DNA of 64,000 bases, from positions 4,233,239 through 4,297,238 of the forward strand of contig NW_026867487.1 in assembly GCF_020745735.1 (NCBI RefSeq), given 5' to 3'. Position numbers and translations under genes: made by a program. This DNA is from Hemiscyllium ocellatum. Its lineage: Eukaryota. Positions 13,501 to 26,364 of this stretch are shown piece by piece (within the stretch, counting starts at the first letter, position 1; each line of letters begins with the position of its first letter). The notes under the pieces were generated by a model that had not been told where the DNA came from, did no database searches, and saw only the letters and a program-made list of their open reading frames with translations.

Positions 13501-15639
13501 AAATGTCAAACGGCTGAAGTAACCTAGATGTAGAACACACACATCGCTTTTAGGATATTTTCTTAGAACACCTTGTTGTGTATTAGATTGGAAAGCAGGC
13601 TTCACTGTATGTGGCAATGTAAAACTAAATGGGACGAAATAATTTTCTCAGAATGAAGAAACCCCTGAAGGACCATTGAACAAACAACTGTTGAACGTTA
13701 CATTCGGTTTGAGAGCTCCTGCCACTTCACTTTAAACATATTTTGCTAGTTTCATGGCATGACGGCACGATCTGATCACAAGTGCATCGAATTCTAATTG
13801 TGGAGTTTAGATTGGGATCTGCTGTGTGTTTGCAACGTCGTGTGTTTCACAAGATTTCATTGTCAGAGTTCAGGGTAGTGCCAAATATTACTTTGTTAAT
13901 TTTCCCTTTTCTATTAAATATGGAGTAAAAACCAATTCGTGATTCTGCCATTCATGTTCCAGTTCTCTACAATGAACCAAAGTGTGAATTTAGAGCATGC
14001 CAAAGATGCAGGCTATATCAGAACTGGTGTGATTTTATTTTGTGCTCAAGCTTTATTTTTATGTACTATCAATTTCGTCGTTAACAGTTTTACTAACAAT
14101 TGAATGTTGCACTATTTCCTGTAGCTGCAATAACCATGCGGCAGTTACATCAACAGTCAGAATAATATTATTTTAGATCAGTATAATCATTTTAACATCT
14201 TCACTGCATCATTACTATTGGAACAGACTTTAAAGCAGAGATTGGGAGAATGGAGTTTTACTGGGAACAAATACCCAATCGGCCGTGAGTTAATGATGAG
14301 GATGGAGTACGGAATTATTTTGATTAATACGTCCTGTGTCTAACTGTCTTTCCCGCCAGAAAAGTTCAGTCAAGGCGGAGTTACAAATCCCTGTTTAATT
14401 TCACTGTTAATCTAATAAATGACAGAAATGGACAAGAAAAAAGCAATCTCTGCGGTAGGAAGTTCAAAACACAGTGAAAATAGCAAATTAAATCTGAGGG
14501 CTGAAAAAATGCCAACACGAAGGAGAGGGGAAGGATTGGGCGGCTCTTGGTTACTGTTCAATGAGGTGGTGCAAAAACGTATGACTATATGTTGTGAAAT
14601 CTGTCCACATGCTGCATCTGTTAAACGGCTGAGGAACATATGAAGCAGAAGTTTGGTCGGAGAAAGGCATAAATTATGGGAAACGAGAATGTCAGTGAAA
14701 TTTTAAACGTAAAGGCATATTCCAATCTTTTTCCCACATTTTTGTGCCCATTTACTTTTCAATTGATGACCGTTTCCATTGGACTTTTACCACTGAATCA
14801 TTTTACCCTCTCACTTTTAACTTTAATTTAGATGGATCATTGCAGTCAGACTGTAATGCACGTCAAATACAATGAAAATTTTCTCAAAAACCTGTTCAGA
14901 CATGTGATTGTACTTTTTCTAGAGGACGTCAAATTTCCAGCCTTAGATTTCCTGATATTTTCATCGCATTGTTACAGCTGTTTTCATTATATTCTAATCA
15001 ACCTGCTTGGAGTTACTATGCACCTCTGGACTTGACCCGGGAACCCTGTGACAAACGCGGTTTCACCAACCACCTGACGCTCAATCTGCTTTGCCATTGG
15101 CCAGTTTGCGATCTGACTGATACCTCGTATTAACCAATGACTTCCTAGAATGGCAAACAAGAACTCCAAGGTCAGTCAGACCAGTCTCATTCTGTAGAGG
15201 AAACATCATCGTCCTGTTAGTACCATCGCAAAATTTTACAAATATTCTTTACTTTACTCTTGATGGCATCAAGGATGTAGAAACTCAAACAAATAGCCAG
15301 TGATTATCAAACTTACAAACATTGATTTATAAGACCAGTGCATTAATCGCTGAGCTTGGGAACCTGAAATGCATAGGCGTTTGTCATCAGGGCAATTCTG
15401 TCCAGTATAATATAACCAGATACTATGACAACCCACAAAATGAACTGTCTGGCCAAGAAGGATAATACCCCACATTCTAACCATACCATTCGTACAGTGT
15501 GAAGCAGGCTGTTCAGCTCGGCGAATGCATATTGACGCTCTGAAGAACATTCCACCCAGATCTCAGCCTTTACCTTAACACTGCATTCTAAGTAAACTTG
15601 CACACGCCTGGACTCTGAGCAGAAACACTTCCAGGCAGA

Positions 15640-15740
15640 GATAAAATTTGCAAACTCCATCGAGACAGTCGCTTGATTGTGAAATCGAACTCAGATTAGT
15701 GGCAGTGTGACGTGGCCGGCTCACCACTGAGCCATCGTTC
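15640..15740 (+). mobile_element. HE1-like SINE 3' fragment (related copies near 47910-48020, 53850-53940, 54120-54230)
   Basis: gcaaactccatcgagacagtcgcttg...atcgaactcag...accactgagccatcgt, recognised from memory of elasmobranch HE1 tails. Confidence 0.55.
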
Positions 15741-17475
15741 AATACAGCTCATGCGATTATCAGGAGATGTCCAGCTTTAGACTAAACTATAACCACTGTT
15801 GCATTAATTACAAACAAGTCTTTCACAGAGCGTAGGGTTTGAGGGATAAACCAATGGCTATCTCTAATTGCCCCGGAGAAAGTGTTGTTAAGCTGAATTC
15901 ATGGCTGCTACCATCTTTGTAGTGTTGGGACTCTGGAATGGTTTACAAAAGCAGCTTCCAACAATACACTGAACGAATGTTGACATAGTTATTACAAATC
16001 AGTTTAGTGAATGACATAGAATCACTTTTGTCGAAGGATACATAAACTGCTTGCATTATAAAAATGAAATGTTATATCAATGAACAGACAATGAAAGAAA
16101 ATCAACTCTCTTCGAAATTGAAACTGAATTTCAAGCACCTATTAGACAAGGGTTTGCATATAAAACGTTGCTTTGCTTTGACTTACTGAACAATGTCCTT
16201 CTTGCTGCCTGAGCAAACTATACTTACTGATTCATAATCGTCAGACGTGGACGAGAGAATGGAACCTGCAGCCTCGAAACTTTTCATTCATTTAATATTA
16301 ACTTGATTACCATTTAATGTAAAAACAAAGTGAATCGAGGGGAATCCTGTTAACAAATGCTCAATGTCAGCAGGGTTTGAAAAGCAGGGTTTAAAGTTAT
16401 CGCTCAGATCAGAAACGGATGTGATGTAGAAAAGCACATAAACATTTTAAGCACTCACTCATCTATTTTATTGTCATTTATCTCCAAAGCTATTGCAGTA
16501 CGTAGCTACAGAAATCAGATCGCAGGACCATTTTCATGCCCACTCTAATATCATTTTCCATCTTCCACGCCTTCCATTCGTCTGTCCCTTCCAAAGATTA
16601 ATATCTGAAGCCAAATGTTGAATATGTGAACAGCTGTATGTGATTAGAAAATGTGCTTTTGTTCAAGCATTTGCAAACATATGTGTCAAAATGCTTTGAC
16701 ATTAAAGTACAGAAAGTGCAGCTAAATTGACGTTGGCTCTCTGAAGCGCATTCTAGTCTGACGAAACCTATTAGAATTTCAACCCTCTGTTTGACAATTA
16801 CTGAGGATGGCAGTTACAGCACAATGCAAATTCAAATGAAAATAATGTATTCACCGCGCAGTTGACGGCACTGATGAAGAAATGACATAGACCTCACAGG
16901 CTGTGATCGAGCCAAAAGGAGGACGTTTGGGAGAAGACTCATGTGTGTGCGTAGATATGTGTATTTGCATATGTGTGTGGGTGTGTGTTTCAGACAACTG
17001 CTCACGTGTCTGTGGACATAGAGGTCAGGCACTTTGAATGCGTGGCATAATGTGTTGCTGCTGTTTTCACGAAGGCATGTTGCAAAACTTCTGAATTAAT
17101 CTCCTAAGAAGGGACAAATACTTACATGAGCAACATGTGCCTAGTCCTCACGCCACTCTGCCCCCGCCACAGTCGAATTATAATTTGTAAAGCAAGTGCA
17201 AAGTAAATGTGATCCAGTGTGCTGAGCGGAAGGAACTGAATGGAGAGATGAGAAGGTTGGCATTGGAGTCGTTCATTTGCAAAGTAACAGGAAACAGAAT
17301 AGCACAGAAATATTTCTGACTGTTATTCTTACCATATTGGCATCCTGAATTACAGAGCGAAACAAATCTGCAAATGTAACTAAACATTTGTTCCTGATAT
17401 CCATTTTTATTACTACAAGAATTTGGTCTGTGATTCTCCCTGTAGAGGTGAATTGTTATGTTTCGAGGTGTGAGA

Positions 17476-17489
17476 CCGCCCTCTGGTGA
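17476..17489 (-). promoter_or_regulatory. CTCF-like motif just 3' of the RSS (related copies 50001-50014, 56200-56213, decayed 59097-59110)
   Basis: Minus strand GGTCACCAGAGGGCGGT versus vertebrate CTCF consensus GGCCACCAGGGGGCGCT. Confidence 0.55.
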
Positions 17490-17513
17490 CCTCTAATTGC
17501 AAGTCTGTGTGTG

Positions 17514-17553
17514 AGTTTTTGTACGGGCCGTGCCATCTGTTTGCATCAGTGTG
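17514..17553 (-). other. Recombination signal sequence: CACACTG, 24-bp spacer, ACAAAAACT
   Basis: Heptamer 17547-17553, nonamer 17514-17522, spacer counted as 24. Confidence 0.85.
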
Positions 17554-18021
17554 GGTCCCAATGCACAGAAATACACAGCAGAGTCGGAGACGAAGGCCTT
17601 GTTGATCGTTAAATTGGTTTTCTTTGTAGTTTGCTCAAATGTCAAAGAAAAACGATCAGACAATTCAGGATTCCTGTTTACAATCCCAGCAGAAATCATG
17701 TAAAGTATATATTGCGGAGGCTGTCCTGCGTGTTGACTGTACCAGAAAACATAAGGATTAAGATCGCTTGTCTTAAAGTTGCATGTGAGTATAACATTAT
17801 TTCCTTCCTCAACCGTCATTTCAGGAACTGGTTTTTCCACCGTGTCTTCACAACTGAATTCTAAGAAAAATAATAACATTATCTGAAGTCATGATCAGTA
17901 CAGTCATTGTTTCAATAATAATAATGTCCCGACTACAAATAACTTGGCCGGGTGTGAATGGGAAAAAGGACTTACTGATAAGTGAGACAATGATGAAGAG
18001 TCGTGCCAGGTAGTTCTTCAT
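17554..18021 (-). CDS. TCR V gene segment (TRAV/TRDV-like), family 1; leader 17976-18021, V exon 17554-17860
   Basis: Leader MKNYLARLFIIVSLI + A|gtaag; 115-nt intron; acceptor ttttcttag; KFSCEDTVEKPVPEM...LTCNFK...VFWYSQ...DSAVYFCALGP with canonical Cys, Trp and DxxxYxC; RSS follows. Confidence 0.93.
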
Positions 18022-18129
18022 TGTGCTCTCTGGGTTTGTAATTCTGCAGACTGCAAAACCCTCTATCCGAGATCCACTTTCACAGTTTCTCCAGTCAATC
18101 ACCAGCAGCAAGGGTTGCAGCAATCTCCT

Positions 18130-18255
18130 AAATACCACAGGGCGGAAAGGTGGGTAAGAGTCAGAACAAACGGAAGTTGAAGGCAGACCTGCGGTGACAT
18201 GGCGATGAGTGAACTCACTGCTCCGTTTGAGAACAGAAAGTAAGTGTCACTGCGC
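18130..18255 (-). promoter_or_regulatory. Putative V promoter elements shared with the 50/56/59/62 kb copies
   Basis: cacagggcggaaagg (GC box), aacaaacggaagttga (ETS-like CGGAAGT) and tgtcactg (CRE/decamer-like AGTGACA on minus) are kept between this diverged copy and the tandem units, about 110-230 bp upstream of the ATG. Confidence 0.4.
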
Positions 18256-20739
18256 GGTTTACATATGGAAATTCTGAATGTTGTGATATCTGTGACTACC
18301 CTGCCCCTTTAGTCACAAGTTAAGTGAGCTACAAGTTGATGGGTAGGGGATTTCAAAACGTCGAATTATTGGAGAGAAATAATGCAGCATATGGTCAATC
18401 TGAAAACGAAGCTGCATCCGCTCTTCAAAAAGACTGTTTATTTCATTCCAAACCTTTCGTTCCTTTGTTGTTTTATCGCAGTGTAGATTTAATTCTTTTT
18501 CCAAGTGCCGTTGCAATACATGTGAAAGGTTTTTGCACAGAATCGAATTCTACCATTCATTCATTGCAGAAACAAAAATTTGAGCAGAGTTCAATGCGAA
18601 AAGTAAAGTACGTTGCTTTTCTTTTAATTCTTTTTTTCTATCTGTTTGAAAGGCTTACTATTGAAAACATTTGGCAAGCTGTATTTTATCAAACCTGCTT
18701 TTAATTTTGTTGAACTATGGTATTTCCTGTTATTGCAAGTTTGCCTCCTTCATTCTGATTTCTCTTGTTCTAATTCTTCTTTTTCTTGTACATTTTTTTT
18801 GTTTTTATTTTTCTTCGTTTTGCAACAGCATTCTTGGTGATGGCAAGAGCATTTCAAGCATGGAATGCGAGATTTCCTAGTGATCGAAAAACAGGTCTGA
18901 GGATACTGCGGCACCAGCAGAGATAGCAAAATAGAGACAACTCACCTCGGGGGCCCATGTTGACCCCTGGTCCAGAATCGCAGATTGTTCTGAAGATCCA
19001 GGCTCTGGCAAGACTCGAGAGCCAGGCGGAAGTAACAGTAACGTTCCAACGCTCCAGCATCAGCAGAAGACATGGATTCGAATCATCTGAGCGTTCAAAA
19101 GATAAAGGATAAACTTTAAAGCTTTAATATTTCAGCTTCAGTGATATGTCAGGACTCATGGTGGATCTGATCGGGTTGATTTGAACGTTTCCTTTCAGTT
19201 TGGCTGTGTTTATTTTGTATCTGTTTTTTATATTAATTATGCTTTATTTGCATTTCAAGTTAGGAATGGCAGCTTTGTACACTTCTCACTGTACTCCTGT
19301 TTTCCTGTGCATGAGTACACATTGCAAAAATATTATCACATTCTGATTGAAGTCTAATTCTAAATTCAAATATTACAATGATTTCAGAAGATCGAGCTTA
19401 TTTTGTGTAAATCCCACATAATGGATGCTGTTTAGCATTTCTTGTCTTCCCAAATCTGCAAATCATTATTGGACAAAATCTGTGGGCTTAAATCTAAACC
19501 TATACCCCTCCCATTTATATGTGTGACTCTCAGTTTTTTTCTCTCTCCTCTCGTCTGCATGTCTTCTGTTTTCTCGGGCCGCTGTTCAGACTGAGATTTA
19601 AATCTATGAGTCTGATTCAGAGTTTGGTGTTTCTAGCGGTTGTGTCCGAATCCTCTTCAAACATGTCTCAAAAAAATACAGATTTTTCTGGGTTCACCAT
19701 CACAATTACACAATGAACAATTTATCACAAAATTCTGGTAGTGTATTCAGTTTGTGAAGAAGCAGTAATTTAGAGATATTGCATTATATAATTCTATAAA
19801 GAAAGTGGACAACCACCACAATTAAATTAGTTTACTGACACCAGATGACACATGACCTGTCGACCAGGAATGTTTCAGTCAACTTATAATTTTGATGACA
19901 GCTTTTTATTTCTATAACTGGAATTTTTAAGAACTATTCCCTTGGTATTCCTCCTCTCCTTTGTTCAGTCTTCCACATGCCGGGTGGAGACTACTTGATG
20001 AAGATTGCTTTCCCTACTGTCTTGAGGCCATTCTTCATCCCTGCAAGTGTCCTTACTCATTGATGTAATCTTGCCACCGTAGCAGCTTTTCCATTGTGAA
20101 TGTGGTTCCTCTAAATCTCTTGGCCTTGACATGGTTATTATGAAATGGACCTCAGTTAGCCTCTATGAGTTTTACTGGCATCTTCTATCCTGAACGTTCT
20201 CCTTTCTATAACCCTGACACTTATTGTTTAATCACATTTCGAGATGAACCTTGGTTTGATGTATTCAAATAAATTATCTCGACAATTCTGGTTAATGGCA
20301 ATGTGGTAGCCACCCATGATGTCCGATTATTATCGTCAAATAATCCGTGTTATTGCGAGTTCATTCACCATATTTTATAAGCGTAGGTTTTAAAAAGAAT
20401 AGAGATAATAGGAAGTGTTTGGTGCCAGATGAAATGCTGATGCTGGTTTTGGGCATTGTAACTTAACTACTTTTGTAATTTCTGTCTTTGTTTTAATATG
20501 ATGCAATTTTGGAAGATTACGCGTAGCTGTCGTAGCTGTTAAAGAAAACCTCGTGGTATGCAGTAAATGCTATGAAATTTCAGTTTTTAAGGAAATCTTC
20601 AACACAGGGGTTCCTTCCTCACCAGACAACAGAGACATACTGATTTACCTCAAAGTGTAACCTTTTAAGTATTTCCCCTCAGCCTCTGTGTGCTTGTGGA
20701 CGTGGTTACATTTGTCTGTTACAGATGTCGTCGCAATTG

Positions 20740-20753
20740 CCACCGGATGGCGG
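20740..20753 (+). promoter_or_regulatory. CTCF-like motif upstream of family-1 V (related copies 52515-52528, 57425-57438, 61619-61632)
   Basis: TTGCCACCGGATGGCGGTA here and TTGCCAACAGATGGCAA in the tandem units; both resemble the CCACCAGATGGC form of the CTCF core. Confidence 0.55.
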
Positions 20754-21329
20754 TAGCTGTTCACCTACTGAATATTATTAGCCCTCTTCTACAGAAAGAG
20801 TCGTTTGAAAATTTAGGAATGTGCCTGGAGGAGATTATACGTCAACTGACTGATTAGGTTTGATTGAATTTTCTCCCATTCCGTGTGTGGTAAAGACGGT
20901 GATCACTGTCTCTGTTTCTGGCGTTGAGCCAAAAACTATGGGGTGAAGCTCTTACACACGCTGATTATCGCATTGACAACAGGAATTTCGCACTTGAATC
21001 GGCTCTTTAAAGTTCCGAGTCATTCCATCATTCCGAATTCACGTTCCAGAATGAGCAGTTTCTTTCTGTTTCCCATTCGTGTATGCTGTGGCTGCTGCTT
21101 GTCTTGAGAGTCGAATAACGATGATTTCGTATTCAAGCTCGAACAAAAAGTCACAGCGTTCAATGGTTAAAATTCAGCAATACTAATCCTCTATTTCATG
21201 CACCTATAAACTGTAGATTGTTTTTGCATCACTAATTTCGACAACAAGCTCCTCACTTTCTGCTCAGAATCCATAATTTCAGTGGTAGGTCAGTTCTTGG
21301 CAGGATTATGATTGACAGGATATCCATGC

Positions 21330-22580
21330 ATTTGGAAAGTCAGGACTGATTAATGTTTAATTAACATAGTTTTGTCCGTGAGCAATCGTATCTCTCTAAT
21401 CGGATTAACTTCCTTTAAGAGTTGACAAAGAATATTGACGAAGGTAGAGAGCTAGACTTTAGCAATATGGACTTCAGCCTGCCTTTTGACAAGGCTTCCG
21501 CATGGTAGATTGATGAATAAGTTGTAATCACATTGGAACCAAGGGGAATCTATCCAATCGGATACAAACTTCGCTTGAAGGGTGTGGACAGGTTTCATTT
21601 CAAACTGAAGGCCCGTGATCAGCGATGTGCTCGGTCCACTGCATTTCATCATTCATATAAGCCATTTGCATGCAGGAATTATCCAATTTAGTCTAAAAAG
21701 TCTCCAAAATAGCTGTAGTGCATAACGAAGGTGTAGTGGATAACGAAGAACTATTCCCAATGTATAATTAGGCTTTTCTCAGATGTGCAAAAAGCCGACG
21801 GGTTGTAGATGGTATTTAATTTACATAAATGTAAGTTGTTGTATTTTAGTAAAACACATCAGGTCAGGAATTATTTAATGGTACGGCCCTGGGGAGTTTT
21901 ACCAGCAACGTCATAAGGGGGTGCAGGTATATAATCCTTGAAAGTGGAAACGCAGTTGTACAGGGTTGTGAAGCAGGAATATGGCATGTTTCTTTTTACT
22001 AATCGGACGTCGTGATGTCATTTTGCGGACTTACAGGACATTGGTTCAGGTATGTTTAAAATATTCCATACGATTCTGGTTGTTCTCTGAAATGAAGGAT
22101 GTTGTGATACATGAAAGGGCACCGAAAATTATGATTGCAGTGATTGGAGAATTTGAGCTACAGGGAGAGATTAAACACTATCTGAAAAATATTTTTTTCC
22201 CGCAGCCTTGGAGGCTGAGCGGTGGTGTTATAGACGTATGTACAACTATTAGAGTTATGGATATGGTTATAGCAAACGTTGTGTTACCATGCTCAAAGAT
22301 TCCAAAATTAGATTTCATATGCTTTGGATGAGCGGGGCAAATCCAAAACCGACCATAGTGACAAAATTTTACACAAAGCATGCCGCATGAATTGAGCAAG
22401 GTGCCAGAGGTGAGCACAAATTCAACATTTAAAGACGTTTGGATGAAAGCATAAAAAGAAACGGTTTAGAGGAACACGGTCAAAAGCTGGCAAATGGGAC
22501 TAGATAACTTCAGGACATCTGGCAAGTGCAAACAGGTTGGACCGAACTGCCAATTTTCGTGCTGTTTGACTCTGTGACTC
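21330..22580 (+). mobile_element. Decayed CR1 LINE 3' half
   Basis: Recognisable ttttgacaagg (FDK), RTYRTLVQ and 3' UTR segments; ends in a gactctgtgactc tail. Confidence 0.75.
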
Positions 22581-22789
22581 ATTGCACAATAGTTTTTCCT
22601 TGTAACAAAACTTGACTCTATCAGAATATAGAGTCATAGAGCCATAGAGAAATGCAGCATGAAAACAGGCCTTCAGTTCAACTCGTTTGTACAACAAACT
22701 TGACTCGCATTGCTCGGTTTAGAATCGAACGTGAGTCTGAGAAATTTACAGATGACGTTAAACTGTCGATCTCCAACGTCATTATCATG

Positions 22790-24105
22790 AGCATGCATTT
22801 GCGAAGGCAAGGACTGATTAGGGATAGTCATCAAGGTTTTGTGGGTGGGACCTCATGTCTCACAAAATTGTAGAGTTTTTTGAGAAAGTAAAAAAGAGGA
22901 TTAATGAGGGCAGAGACGTAGATGTGATCTATATGGACTTCAGTAAGATGTTCGACAAGGTTCCCCATGGGAGACCGATTAGCAAGGTTAGATCTCACGG
23001 AATAAAAGGAGATCTAGTCATTTGGATACAGAGCTGGTTCAAAGATAGAAGACAGGAGGTGGTGGTGGAGGGAGGATTTTCAGACTAGAGGCCTGTACCA
23101 GTGGAATTCCACAAAAATCGATGCTGGGTCCTCTACTTTTTGTCATTTGCATAAAGGTTTTGGATGTGAGCATAGCATACGAGGTATAGTTACTAAGTTT
23201 GCATATGACACCAAAATAAGAGGTGTAGTGGACAGTGAAGAGAGTTACCTCAGACAACATAAGGATCTTGACCAGATGGGCCAATGGGCTGAGAATTGGC
23301 AGATGGAGTTTAATTCAGATAAATGCGAGGTGTTGCATTTTGGGAAAGCAAATCTTAGCAGGACTTATACACTTAATGATAAGGTCCCAGGGAGTGTTGC
23401 TGAACAAGGAGACCTTGGAGTGCAGGATCATATCTCCTTGAAAGTAGAGTCACTGGTATATAGGATAGTGAAGAAGGCGTTTCGTATGCTTTCTTTTCAT
23501 GGTCAGATTATTGAGTACAGGAGTTGGGAGGCCATGTTGCGGCTGTACAGGACATTGGTAAGGACAATGTTGGAGTATTGTAAGCAATTCTGGTCTCCTT
23601 CCTATCGGAAAGATGTTGTGAAACTTGAAAGGGTTCAGAAAAGATTTACAAGGATGTTGCCAGGGTTGGACGATCTGAGCTACAGGGAGAGGCTGAATAG
23701 GCTGGGGCTGTTTTCCCTGGAGCGTCGGAGGTTGAGGTGTGCCTTATCGAGGTTTACAAAATTGTGTAGGGTATGAATAGATTAAATAGGCAAAGTCTTT
23801 TCAATGGGTTCGTGGAGTCCACCACTAGAGGGCATTGGTTTAGGGTGAGAAGGGAAAGATATAAAAGAGACCTACGGGGCAACTTTTTTTTACACAGAGA
23901 GTGGTACGTGTATGGACTAAGCTGCCAGAGGAAGTGGCAGAGGCTGGTACAACATTTAAGACGCATTTGGATGGGTATATGAATAGGAAGGTTTGGAGTG
24001 ATATGGGCTGGGTGCTAGATTGGTTTGGGATATCTGGTCGGCATGGACGAGTTGGACTGTAGGGTTTGTTTCCATGCTGTACATCTCTATGACTCTATGA
24101 ATCTA
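22790..24105 (+). mobile_element. CR1 LINE 3' half (RT) with (GACTCTAT)n tail
   Basis: ORFs YMDFSKMFDKVPHGR, KFAYDTKIRG...QWAENWQMEFNSDKCEVLHFG, KLERVQKRFTRMLPG; tail ctctatgactctatga. Confidence 0.93.
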
Positions 24106-24286
24106 AGTCAGATCCCAGGATATGTGTCTCATTCTCATTTTGATGTTTATTTCGTATTTTCCACAACTTCTGTCCAAATGTCCTGCCCAGAGGTTAATAA
24201 CTGAAGCCAATTATTCGATAGCAGACAGTTTAGTGTGAATATAAAATTTATTTTCTTTCGAAAATGTATAAGAATATCTCTGGCAG

Positions 24287-25146
24287 CAAAAGTGTGGCCA
24301 TCATAATTCTATCCCGAGGTCAGTGCGCACTTTTGCGTTGCATCATATATTACCTGTGGCAATAGCAGGGGCTGCTTTCTTTACCGTTATTACTGCAGTC
24401 ATTCTCAGATGTAATTTGGTCGCATTTTCATCAGCTACAGTGTCCTTTCCGCCACACCTCGGTGCACAATTCTGCCATGCTGACAGACGTCAGAACGGAT
24501 GGTTTCAGTTTTGCTGAGAGTGGCCTTTTCCATTGTTCATTTTAAAGCCATCTGCTGCCAAAGCTTGACGATCAGATACTGCACCGTTAAAACTGTTGCA
24601 CTGATCATTGGAATGGCCTGCTCTCTCAGTTGAATTAGGAACATTACAATGGTACTCATCGTCAAGCTCCTGTATAATCCGGACGGTTTTCCTTGGTTCT
24701 GTGATGTAAAGTCTGTCTTTTACACGTCACACGTCTGGAAAAGTTATGATTATTTGGATATAATCTTGAATCCATTTCTCGCCTTTATCCTAATCTATTG
24801 CTTAACAGCCCTAACCATCAAATATATCTTAGCAACAAGAGACTGCGTGACGCTGAGAGTGGTTCAGATTCAGAGATGCCAACCGTACGAGGTCCATTGT
24901 CTTGCTTTTTGCTATTTATCTCAGCTTCTTCCTTCTATGGATCACGTATGGTGTACATTTCATCCATGTGCAGGTTATAGATGAGGGCTCCGCATTGCAT
25001 CCTACAAGAACTACAAAGGGACTTCAGCACTCAGTTCCTGCAACAATGTTTTCATAGATGCGGTATCTCAGGCCAAATTCCAATAGGAGATCAAATATTT
25101 GTTACTCTTTCCATTCACTACTGCTATTGGATGCTTGAAGTGGTAA
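24287..25146 (+). pseudogene. GPR139-like GPCR pseudogene (exon 2)
   Basis: Acceptor ctctggcag|caaaagtg; collinear fragments gccatctgctgccaaagcttgacgatcagatactgc (AICCQSLxxRYC), PWFCDVKSVFYTSHVW, and SSCNNVFIDAVSQAKFQ*EIK...LKW*; frameshifts and in-frame stops. Confidence 0.88.
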
Positions 25147-25289
25147 AATAAATGAAATATGTTTTTTACGTTTTAAATTTAATCAGAGTTTCTCTGTGTG
25201 CAGCGCTTTCTTTCGCACTTGATTCAGAAAGTAACGGGATCAAGCTTCTGCAGTTGAGGAATGTGTGTCTCATTCTCAGACACTCACAG

Positions 25290-25525
25290 TCAAGTGTTTC
25301 CAAAACTGCAGAGATACTGGTCCATCAGATTTTAGAACCTTCTATATGAGATGATGAAACACATCTTGTACCCACCCTTTCCGCTGCCATAAAATACAAC
25401 CTTATTTATCCATGTCTGTTGGCCAATGTTTCACCATCTCCACTGAAAAGAATTTAGGTCAACATTTTACCCGTAGAACTGTAACCCGTCTTGTGTTGCT
25501 GTATCTCACTTAATTTCTGGGATCC
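25290..25525 (+). pseudogene. Highly decayed Ig-superfamily V remnant (not family 1)
   Basis: One frame reads CRDTGPSDFRTFYMR**...YLSMSVGQCFTISTEKN; shifted frames give STFY..NPSCVAV and ttctgggat (FWD). No clear RSS. Confidence 0.33.
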
Positions 25526-25649
25526 TTCTCTGCACACATGTGTTGCTTCAATCCCTGATTAATCACGAGATTACTAAATTGATGTTATTGTACTGCAGGC
25601 CATGATGAAATCAAGAATGCATTGCGTGAAGGCAGTTTGTCCGAACTTC

Positions 25650-25725
25650 CTTTCATCCTTCCATAATTCATTCCTTCTTTCCTTCCTTTCGTCCTTCCTT
25701 GCTTTATTTCCTTCCTTCTTTCTGT
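25650..25725 (+). repeat. (TTCC)n-like microsatellite
   Basis: ttccttctttccttcctttcgtccttccttgctttatttccttccttctttc. Confidence 0.75.
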
Positions 25726-26364
25726 ATTCCTCATCCTGCCCTATTCTCTGGTTTTTCATTGCGTTTTTTTTGGTTCATCCCTTTACTTTGTTTCTTGCTT
25801 TGCTTAGATTTGCTTCCTCCTTTTCATTAATACTAAGATAATTTAACTTTATTTAACTCGGGTATGCAAAGGTCATTACATGGTAATTCCATTAATTACA
25901 TCTGTATTGAAATGTCAACCTTTGACATCGTCATATTTTCTGGTGTTGTAGGAATGTTTTTCTTTTCTGACATACGTATTCTTGAAATGTGGATATTAAT
26001 AAACACTCAGTCGGTCCATGAATCAACGAAAATGATTATTGCTCGATTGATGCGTATATTATCAGACGAATGTTGCATGCATATATCGAAAATGCACATC
26101 AAGCAGTATATATGTTGGTTAGCCACAAAGAAAACTCCCCTCCTCATTGCTCTATCAGACACAGTATGGACAACAAGAACGCAGACATTCTGCAGAGCAA
26201 TCCGCTCTTCGTACTGCCAAACTTCCAAAGTTAATTTTGCACATGTGAGATGGAGTGTAACGTTTGCACAGATGCGTTAAATAATAATCATTAAATGCTC
26301 TATCAGAACAATTCTATGTATTGAGCACCCTGTCGCCTACACCATAATGAATTATATTCAAGCT

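Noticed and set aside
14470-14510. CACAGTG followed by an A-rich run
   Set aside because: No nonamer at 12 or 23 bp and no V- or D-like coding context.
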